Position numbers and translations under genes: made by a program. This document shows positions 17,728-24,231 of a DNA stretch of 24,477 nt, piece by piece. The notes beneath the pieces are model-generated. The model searched no databases, was not told the origin of the DNA, and saw only the letters and a list, made by a program, of their open reading frames with translations. Numbering within the stretch: position 1 is the first letter of the stretch; each line of letters opens with the position of its first letter. The DNA is from Candidatus Nanobsidianus stetteri (GTDB taxonomy: Archaea; Nanobdellota; Nanobdellia; Nanobdellales; Nanobdellaceae): contig APJZ01000006.1 of NCBI GenBank assembly GCA_000387965.1, forward strand, positions 1 to 24,477, read 5' to 3'.

Positions 17728-19095
17728 ATGTGGAATAGGATTATTATTAATAGTTATTTAAACCATAAGGATAATATTTTATCTGCTATTATTATTGATT
17801 TAGTTGATAATAAATACTTAATAAAAGAAAATTATTTACAAATAATTGCAGGAAACTTTAAGATTTTAATAAGCAAAATGTTCTTAAACATTAAAAAAAT
17901 AATTAGATCTTTAATAATTGTTTATACACGACATAGACATCATAGAAATCATAATAGATTTCATAGGCATAAGCACTGGTATGATGATGATTATTATTAT
18001 AATAATGTAAGTGGGAGCAAACCTAAGAGAAGTAGAATTATTAAAATTATTGCTCGTATCATAATAATTTCATTAATAATACTTATAGTCATTTATAATC
18101 CATCATATATAAAACAAATATTAAAAACTTTACAAACAAGCATTAACAATATTTCAACAACTATACAATCAGCAATCTTATCCACACAACCTACAATAAA
18201 TTCAACATGGGTTTTCCAATTCTTTAACATTGTAAATCAATATAGACAATCAACTGGTGCTCCACCATTGCAATATTGTCCTTGGCTAGATAATTATGCT
18301 CATATTAGATTCGAAACAATGATTCAGAACCCAGAAATAAGTCATTATGGTTTTGATCAAGACTTTAATGAATACTTTAGTCAATATCAAGATTTATTAG
18401 TCAGTGAGGAAGTATTATATCCAGATGGATATACACCAGATGAATATGTACAGGATATGCAATCAGAGGCCCCAATTCATTGGGAAGGTTTATTAGATTC
18501 TAATTACACATATTATGGATATTATATCGGTTATGGACCAACCTATGCAATTATTGGTTCATGTCCAGTAACTGAAATAGTGGGATCAGTAAATGTACCA
18601 CAATACTTCCAATCTTATGGATGTTCAGTGGAACTTGAAAATAGTACTTGGTTAGTAATTGAATTGAGTAACTGGTGCAGTGGACCTACAACAATTACAG
18701 TTTCAACGATTAATGAAGATCTTTCTCCTCAATATTATATATACTTACCAATACAATATAATTTACCAACAAATGAAGAATATGTAAAATTAGTCGTAAA
18801 TATTACATCAACAAGTCCTGTTGAATTATTTTTATTCACACCAGATCAATTTACTTACTTTGAAAGTTTATACCAACAAGAAGCATGGTCATTTACAGGA
18901 CCTGCATATTATTATGGTGGTATATCAACAACATTTAACACTGAGATTACATTAAATACATATCAATTAGCTAATGGTGGCTATTATTTAGTAATTAGCA
19001 ATGTACTTCCGGATGCTCAATATACATACGTAAATGGTAACATAACAATTGTATATACACCAACAACACCAAATATATTATCCAACAATAAATAA
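17728..19095 (+). CDS. Type-II membrane-anchored protein: His/Arg-rich cytoplasmic segment, one TM helix, extracellular CAP/SCP(YkwD)-like domain, C-terminal beta-rich domain
   Basis: 455 aa. YTRHRHHRNHNRFHRHKHWYDDDYYY (aa 66-91). TM IIKIIARIIIISLIILIVIY (aa 104-123). CAP-like pattern FFNIVNQYRQSTGAPPLQY...LDNYAHIRFETM...SHYGF...EEVLY...IHWEGLLDSNYTYYGYYIGYG. C-terminal module SPVELFLFTPDQF...GGYYLVISN...ITIVYTP. The true start Met is uncertain (an alternative is M51). Confidence 0.6.
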   Translation: MWNRIIINSYLNHKDNILSAIIIDLVDNKYLIKENYLQIIAGNFKILISKMFLNIKKIIRSLIIVYTRHRHHRNHNRFHRHKHWYDDDYYYNNVSGSKPKRSRIIKIIARIIIISLIILIVIYNPSYIKQILKTLQTSINNISTTIQSAILSTQPTINSTWVFQFFNIVNQYRQSTGAPPLQYCPWLDNYAHIRFETMIQNPEISHYGFDQDFNEYFSQYQDLLVSEEVLYPDGYTPDEYVQDMQSEAPIHWEGLLDSNYTYYGYYIGYGPTYAIIGSCPVTEIVGSVNVPQYFQSYGCSVELENSTWLVIELSNWCSGPTTITVSTINEDLSPQYYIYLPIQYNLPTNEEYVKLVVNITSTSPVELFLFTPDQFTYFESLYQQEAWSFTGPAYYYGGISTTFNTEITLNTYQLANGGYYLVISNVLPDAQYTYVNGNITIVYTPTTPNILSNNK

Positions 19096-19170
19096 ACATA
19101 GTAATAAAAACCAAAAGTAACATAACCTTAATAGTAACATTAAAAAATTCTTTTATTTGTATTATTTTAT

Positions 19171-20016
19171 ATGAAGGCCCAAAGATTATACCTAGTTGGA
19201 TTGATCATTTTAATTTTACTAGTTTCTATATCTATAGCAATATTTTTTATGAATTACACACAACAAACAGGTCTTGAACTTGCGAATCTTGAAATTACAA
19301 ACCTTAAAAATAATTATACAAATCTACAAAACCAATACAAAGCATTACAAATGCAATTCAGCATTATTGAATCTAATTATGAAAATCTAAAAACAAATTA
19401 TACAAACTTACAAAATATATATCAAAATTTACAATCTCAATATGAATCTTTACAAAACAATTACTCAATACTTCAAACCAACTATACAAATTTACAGGAT
19501 CAATATCAAGTATTACAATCTCAATATAATACACTTGAATCAAACTATCAAAATTTAGAAACAAATTATACAAATTTACAAAATATGTATCAAAATTTAC
19601 AATCTCAATATAAATCTTTACAAGAACAATACAGTAATTTAAATAATACTTATTGGAATATATTAACATTTTTAGGTAATGGAAACAATAGCGCTATATT
19701 ACAACCCAATCAATTTATATATAAAGAAATAGCTATACCAACTGGCTTCTCAGGAACAATAAACATAATGATATCTTCATCAAATCCCATAGAAGTGTTT
19801 GTATTTGATCTATATAATTTAATACAAGCTATTGAAGGTAACCCATATGGATACTATTTATATAACAATGGAACATATATAAATACAAGTGTTACTCTAG
19901 GACCTGGATTTTACATAGTATTTATCTATAACCCAAACAATACAACAGAAGCTACGTTATCATATGAAATAACAACAATATATACAACAGCTCCAAAATT
20001 ATTAACAAATAAATAG
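19171..20016 (+). CDS. Type-II anchored coiled-coil stalk protein (Tyr/Leu heptads) with C-terminal beta-rich head domain
   Basis: 281 aa. N-terminal anchor LYLVGLIILILLVSISIAIFFM. Aa 49-165 form 17 uninterrupted heptads with an aromatic residue (16 Y, 1 F) at one core position and L/I three residues later. C-terminal module SNPIEVFVFDLYN...GPGFYIVFIYNPNN...ITTIYTT is paralogous to the C-terminus of the upstream gene. Confidence 0.75.
   Translation: MKAQRLYLVGLIILILLVSISIAIFFMNYTQQTGLELANLEITNLKNNYTNLQNQYKALQMQFSIIESNYENLKTNYTNLQNIYQNLQSQYESLQNNYSILQTNYTNLQDQYQVLQSQYNTLESNYQNLETNYTNLQNMYQNLQSQYKSLQEQYSNLNNTYWNILTFLGNGNNSAILQPNQFIYKEIAIPTGFSGTINIMISSSNPIEVFVFDLYNLIQAIEGNPYGYYLYNNGTYINTSVTLGPGFYIVFIYNPNNTTEATLSYEITTIYTTAPKLLTNK
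19315..19665 (+). repeat. Coding 21-bp periodic repeat (heptad array) with 84-bp super-period; includes two about 91%-identical 87-bp copies at 19369-19455 and 19537-19623
   Basis: Direct reading gives recurring tay-nnn-nnn-tta-caa units. I aligned the two 87-bp segments by hand and found about 8 mismatches; they lie 168 bp (8 heptads) apart. The repeat is entirely inside the 19171-20016 CDS. Confidence 0.85.
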
Positions 20017-20155
20017 ACCTTGAAATTTTTAATATTTCAAATTAGTTTTGGATGAAAATATATCTTTATGATATCAAATTATAATAATATATCATTTTCA
20101 TAAATTAAATTTCTCAGTAGATAAATTTATATTTTAAAAACAATAAAATATTAAA

Positions 20156-20746
20156 ATGATAATAAACTATGGGATACAGGAATATTTGTTTCTTTTTATA
20201 ATATCGGAAATAATAGTTGGATTAGTATTGCCATTTATTATAATAAAAGAAGAAAGAGAGAAGATAATAGAATTAAAATTATATTCTTTGGTAGGTTTTA
20301 TATTATATGTACTTGTTGGAATGACATTTATAGTAATATTAGCATCAATAGATTATTATTATAATTTCTCGCTATTTAATTATAATTTAGGTTATTATAT
20401 TGGATTTATATTATTTATAATAGGAATAATATTACAAGGTATTGCTGAAGCAACCCTTGGAAAATATTATTTACCATCTATTGGAACTGTTGAAGGTCAA
20501 AAAATAGTTAAGGATGGTATATACAAATATATAAGACATCCAGGATATTTAGGAGAAATAATAATATTTTTTGGACTTGGATTTGTAACATATAGTCTAT
20601 TAGGAATATTGGGAGCCTTTATTGTATCATTAATGGTATATGTTGGAGAAGTAATTCCAGAAGAAAAATATATGTTGGAAAAGTTTGGAAAGGAATATGA
20701 AGAATATATGAAAGAAACTTTTAGATTTATTCCATATATATTTTAA
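20156..20746 (+). CDS. Isoprenylcysteine carboxyl methyltransferase (ICMT) / phospholipid methyltransferase family membrane protein
   Basis: 196 aa with about 5 TM segments. C-terminal signature GIYKYIRHPGYLGEIIIFFG...EEKYMLEKFGKEYEEYMKETFRFIPYIF matches the family pattern (RHP-x-Y, EE-x-x-L-x-x-FG-x-x-Y-x-x-Y). Confidence 0.85.
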   Translation: MIINYGIQEYLFLFIISEIIVGLVLPFIIIKEEREKIIELKLYSLVGFILYVLVGMTFIVILASIDYYYNFSLFNYNLGYYIGFILFIIGIILQGIAEATLGKYYLPSIGTVEGQKIVKDGIYKYIRHPGYLGEIIIFFGLGFVTYSLLGILGAFIVSLMVYVGEVIPEEKYMLEKFGKEYEEYMKETFRFIPYIF

Positions 20747-20766
20747 TTTTTCTATATATTTTATCT

Positions 20767-20840
20767 GGGACCGTAGTCCAGCCTGGAAGGATGTCGGTTT
20801 GGGGTACCGGTGGTCCCGGGTTCAAGTCCCGGCGGTCCCA
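20767..20840 (+). tRNA. tRNA-Pro (anticodon GGG)
   Basis: Hand-folded: GGGACCG/TA/GTCC-AGCCTGGAA-GGAT/G/TCGGT-TTGGGGT-ACCGG/TGGTC/CCGGG-TTCAAGT-CCCGG/CGGTCCC/A. 74 nt, no intron, no CCA. The 3' end directly abuts the stop codon of the convergent gene (20841). Confidence 0.92.
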
Positions 20841-22937
20841 TTAGTATAAAATAAGTAATATTGCCACCATTATTCCAATTACTCCTCCGACCAATAATCC
20901 AATATTTAAATAATTATATTGAACTATTTTATTGAATTGTATAACAATATTTAAAGGTTGATTTACAATATAATTATACCCATTTTCATAATAAATTGTG
21001 TTATAAAAGAATCCCGGATAAATATATTTTGATGGTAAAATATTTATTATAGTTCCATTATTTAGAAAGATAGAAGCATTTCCATAAGTATTTACAGAAT
21101 TATTTATAGAAACATTTACTAAGAATGGTGTATTAATATTTACTAGATATTGTAAATAGCAATAATCAGATATATTAATACTTTCTGATGTATTTATATT
21201 TAATGTTATATTATTTGGACAATAATATTGATAATTTCCGAAATTATATATTTGATTTAAGTAAATATTCAATAAATTATTTGCATAAAGGTAATATGTA
21301 TTATTATAGTATGTTTCATTTAGATAATTTCCAGAAATAGTAAAATCTATGCCAATGCTATCATTTATAGTAACTAGATAATATTCTGTATAGTTTGTAG
21401 AAATATTATAATTATTATTTACTGGCAAACTTATATTAACATAATGTTTAGAATAATCAATATTATAATTTTCTTCATTTATTGTTAAATTATTTAGTAG
21501 ATATAATGTATCGTTTTGGTAAATATATATTGGAATATTTATATTAAAAATTGTCCCAAATGGATATTGATAATTTATATATGAATTATTGTAAGAATAA
21601 TAAACTGATATATTATAATTTAAAGGGGTTGTACTTCCCAAATATTCTGGATAAAAGTTACCTGTAGATAAACTTACATATCCTTGAGATATTATATTTT
21701 CATTAATATTTGAAGAATCTTCTGCTGTGTTAATTCCATAATTAAATATTGAAGGATCTAAAGTAAGATATTGATTATTATATAAATAATATAAGCCTAA
21801 ATAACCACTAATATTGTTTATATCTATACAAGTTCCATATCCAGGCCCACCAACAACTAATTCTAAATCTTCTATATTATTAGAGTTTGTAACGTACGGG
21901 GAAATAACTATATTACCATGTGATGGAATTAATAATGTAACATTATCATACCAATATATATTTTGTCCATCAAAACTATACCCAAATTGTATTTCCGGAT
22001 AAGAATTATTTTGGGTAATATTAATTATTAAATATACATTTAATGGATATTGTAGAACAAAGTTATTTGTTTCGTATGAATAAAACGTGTCGAGACCATA
22101 ATTATTTACCATTCCATTACCATTAATTAAATCACCTGAAATATAAGAATTTGATAAAATAAGTATATTAGATGAATAAGAATTTTCTGAAGTAAAATTC
22201 CATATATTATCAACAAAATCAAAATATCCACCAGTATTATTTATTAATAAAACATTTTGTAACCAATAATATTGATCATTACTTAATTCTAAGACTGCAT
22301 TTAATTGTATAGAACCGGAATCTTCTCCTACAAAATTATTAGAACATGAAGGATCAACATATGAACTGAAATTATTTAAATAAACACCCCCAACAACTTC
22401 GTTTGTTATAATATAATATCCATAAATATTTCCATTATTAATATATATGCCATAATCAGAAATTCCTATTGGAGAATAAATAACATTTTCAGTTTGATTT
22501 GTTAAACTGTATGTAAAATAATAATATGCGTTTTGTACATTATTATTGTAAATTACTACATAATAATTTCCTGAAGGTAAATATATACTTTGGTTTATAT
22601 AATTTGTATATTCCTGATAACTTGCATTGAAGTTTCCAAAAAATTGAAGATTTAGATAATCTTGTTGGTCCATTATATAAAAAGATAAAGGAATTGATGA
22701 ATTAAAATATATGTTTAAATATTGATTTGATGAATATATTGGGTAAGAAAAATAATATGAAGGATATAAAATATAAAAATCTCCATAAGATCCTTGTCCA
22801 AGATTATATAGATTCAATTGACTTATATTTATAGAATTTATTGGAATATTAAACAATGTTGATGAATAATTTTGTGAGTATGTATTAAAAAAATTAAATA
22901 TTAGAGTTAATAATGCAAATAGTTTTAATTTATTCAT
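20841..22937 (-). CDS. Thermopsin-like (peptidase family A5) surface protein with signal peptide, extra N- and C-terminal domains and a C-terminal TM anchor
   Basis: 698 aa. Signal peptide MNKLKLFALLTLIFNFFNTYSQ/NYS. A series of motifs parallels Sulfolobus thermopsin as I recall it: PIGISDYGIY (PAGIASFGLY), SIQLNAVL (TLQFNIVL), YWLQNV (YWLQDV), FVDNIWNFT (FIDNVWNLT), LELVVGGPGYG (AELVWGGGGNG), LGLYYLYN (LGLYYISN), YGINTAEDS (FGADTAEAA). C-terminal anchor LLVGGVIGIMVAILLILY. Very high N-x-S/T density. Confidence 0.75.
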   Translation of the reverse strand: MNKLKLFALLTLIFNFFNTYSQNYSSTLFNIPINSINISQLNLYNLGQGSYGDFYILYPSYYFSYPIYSSNQYLNIYFNSSIPLSFYIMDQQDYLNLQFFGNFNASYQEYTNYINQSIYLPSGNYYVVIYNNNVQNAYYYFTYSLTNQTENVIYSPIGISDYGIYINNGNIYGYYIITNEVVGGVYLNNFSSYVDPSCSNNFVGEDSGSIQLNAVLELSNDQYYWLQNVLLINNTGGYFDFVDNIWNFTSENSYSSNILILSNSYISGDLINGNGMVNNYGLDTFYSYETNNFVLQYPLNVYLIINITQNNSYPEIQFGYSFDGQNIYWYDNVTLLIPSHGNIVISPYVTNSNNIEDLELVVGGPGYGTCIDINNISGYLGLYYLYNNQYLTLDPSIFNYGINTAEDSSNINENIISQGYVSLSTGNFYPEYLGSTTPLNYNISVYYSYNNSYINYQYPFGTIFNINIPIYIYQNDTLYLLNNLTINEENYNIDYSKHYVNISLPVNNNYNISTNYTEYYLVTINDSIGIDFTISGNYLNETYYNNTYYLYANNLLNIYLNQIYNFGNYQYYCPNNITLNINTSESINISDYCYLQYLVNINTPFLVNVSINNSVNTYGNASIFLNNGTIINILPSKYIYPGFFYNTIYYENGYNYIVNQPLNIVIQFNKIVQYNYLNIGLLVGGVIGIMVAILLILY

Positions 22938-22989
22938 AAGAGTTTATTATTATTTAATTTTTTATAAGATTTTATTTAAATATTTGATT
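22938..22989. promoter_or_regulatory. 52-bp divergent spacer with a central palindromic TTATAA (thermopsin-like / trmY)
   Basis: TTATAA at 22962-22967 is 27.5 nt from the - ATG (22937) and 25.5 nt from the + ATG (22990). Confidence 0.3.
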
Positions 22990-23607
22990 ATGAGAATATT
23001 TATTTTTTATTCAAATACCATAAGAACTGATGGAAATTTTAAAAACATATATTATTCTGGAAGATTGGATATAGCAATTAATTCAATTATACATGCTTTT
23101 TTTGTATCAAATGGATTAAGAAAAAATATCAGATTTGATTTATATTTAAATGGAAAACCAGTTCCTCCTAGATTAATAAGAATAGAATCGGATATAAATA
23201 CTCCATGGTCAAAAAAAGATATATCCACATTATTATCAATATCATTGAAAAAATATAATAAAAAGAATATCAAAAACCCATTCCCAGGTATATATGTTGA
23301 TAAAATTGATTTTTTCGATTTATTGGATGAATATAAAAATAATGGAAAAAATATATATTTATTGGATAAAGATGGGGAATTTATTGAAAATATAAAAATT
23401 GAAAATCCAGTATTTATTATTGGAGATTTTTTGGGAATACCAAAAGATATAAAGAAAAAAATAGATAGTGATGTAATAAAGATTTCTTTGGGAGATATTA
23501 ATTATTTTTCATCACAGGTTATTGTAATATTAAATTATTATTTAGATAAAATGAATTTTGAAAGGGATATATATGATACTTCATATAAATTTATTTATAG
23601 AGAATGA
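22990..23607 (+). CDS. trmY: tRNA (pseudouridine54-N1)-methyltransferase TrmY-like SPOUT protein
   Basis: MRIFIFYSNTIRTDGNF...SGRLDIAINSIIHAFFVSNGLRKNI...PPRLIRIE...NPVFIIGDFLGIP...KISLGDINYFSSQVIVILNYYLD follows the TrmY/DUF358 pattern as I recall it (GRIDL-x-CR, SHGIRKD, NPVFVLGDH-x-G, ISLGP). The track start at 22984 is a TTG codon, so I prefer the ATG at 22990. Confidence 0.7.
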   Translation: MRIFIFYSNTIRTDGNFKNIYYSGRLDIAINSIIHAFFVSNGLRKNIRFDLYLNGKPVPPRLIRIESDINTPWSKKDISTLLSISLKKYNKKNIKNPFPGIYVDKIDFFDLLDEYKNNGKNIYLLDKDGEFIENIKIENPVFIIGDFLGIPKDIKKKIDSDVIKISLGDINYFSSQVIVILNYYLDKMNFERDIYDTSYKFIYRE

Positions 23608-24089
23608 TACTTGGCTTAGATCTATCTGCAAAGGAAAATAATAAAACTGGATATTTTTACTTTAATAAAAAACCAATATTTGGGATATTAAATAAAAATG
23701 AAGAAATATTAAATTTAATAGAAAATGAAAAGTTTAAATATATATTTATTGATGCTCCTTTAAGTTATGAACATCCATATAGAATAGAAGAAAGATTATT
23801 ATATAAATATGGATTTAAACCATTACCTTTATCTTTAAAATCGATGAAATTATTATATGAAAGGGCTAATTTATTAAAAAATAAAATAATAGAGATTAAT
23901 AATAATATTGAAATATATGAAACATTTCCAAGAGCGGTAGAAAAAATATTAAAATTAAAATACCAATATTTTTCAAAAATATTTAAATATAAAGATATTT
24001 ATGACGCATATTTATCATATTTAGCAGGCTTATTTTTTAAATTGAATAGATATGAAAAATTTGGAAATTTAATACTACCAAAGATATAA
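23604..24089 (+). CDS. Predicted RNase H-fold protein (DUF429-like), function unknown
   Basis: 161 aa. ILGLDLSAKENNKTGYFYF ... IFIDAPLSY ... ETFPRAVEKIL resembles the acidic-residue pattern of RNase-H-fold/DUF429 proteins (IGIDLSG, ID-x-PL, E-x-x-P). ATGA overlap with trmY. Assignment is from memory only. Confidence 0.4.
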   Translation: MILGLDLSAKENNKTGYFYFNKKPIFGILNKNEEILNLIENEKFKYIFIDAPLSYEHPYRIEERLLYKYGFKPLPLSLKSMKLLYERANLLKNKIIEINNNIEIYETFPRAVEKILKLKYQYFSKIFKYKDIYDAYLSYLAGLFFKLNRYEKFGNLILPKI

Positions 24090-24097
24090 TATATATA

Positions 24098-24172
24098 GGA
24101 CCCGTAGTTCAGCATGGATAGAATTCTCGGTTGCGGTCCGAGAGGTCCGGGGTTCGAATCCCCGCGGGTCCA
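24098..24172 (+). tRNA. tRNA-Arg (anticodon GCG)
   Basis: Hand-folded: GGACCCG/TA/GTTC-AGCATGGATA-GAAT/T/CTCGG-TTGCGGT-CCGAG/AGGTC/CGGGG-TTCGAAT-CCCCG/CGGGTCC/A. 75 nt, no intron, no CCA. Starts 8 nt after the upstream stop codon. Confidence 0.92.
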
Positions 24173-24231
24173 TATATAAACTTTTATTACTAAAAGATAA
24201 CAATAAAAGTATTTTTCAATATTATAATAAA

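Noticed and set aside
19096-19170. Direct 8-mer repeat AGTAACAT (19117-19124 and 19133-19140) upstream of the stalk-protein gene, considered as an operator.
   Set aside because: It is only 8 bp in two copies in a 75-bp spacer. My rough estimate says this is not clearly beyond chance, and there is no supporting dyad or third copy.
19315-19665. Regular short-period repeat that might look like a CRISPR array or a satellite.
   Set aside because: The period is 21 bp with no repeat/spacer alternation. It is entirely in frame within a CDS and encodes a heptad coiled coil. No cas genes or leader are present.
20020-20049. Hairpin TTGAAAT-loop-ATTTCAA followed by TTTT, considered as an intrinsic terminator after the stalk-protein gene.
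   Set aside because: The 7-bp stem has a single G-C pair and would be unstable at high temperature. Archaeal termination relies mainly on oligo-T, and such AT dyads are common by chance here. It is kept only as part of the low-interest finding on the 139-bp gap.
17594-20840. A 3.2-kb segment bracketed by same-orientation tRNA-Thr and tRNA-Pro, considered as a possible integrated element or genomic island.
   Set aside because: I saw no integrase, no transposase and no duplicated tRNA 3' fragment (att-like direct repeat). Composition and codon style look the same as the rest of the window.
22984-22989. Track start of the TrmY-like ORF at 22984 (shown as M).
   Set aside because: The codon at 22984-22986 is TTG. 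An in-frame ATG follows at 22990, giving MRIFIF..., which aligns with the usual TrmY N-terminus and restores a 52-bp spacer with a central TTATAA. The ATG is preferred.
3921-23273. Short ORFs antisense to confident genes: 3921-4205, 6806-7024, 7900-8133, 8205-8426, 8708-9013, 9709-9945, 13380-13691, 14097-14303, 17090-17530, 17284-17475, 19373-19669, 21814-22002, 23052-23273.
   Set aside because: Each is fully embedded in a longer ORF that has clear family motifs on the other strand. The sequences are low-complexity L/I/F/Y/S strings with no recognisable motif. 19373-19669 is simply the reverse reading of the heptad repeat.
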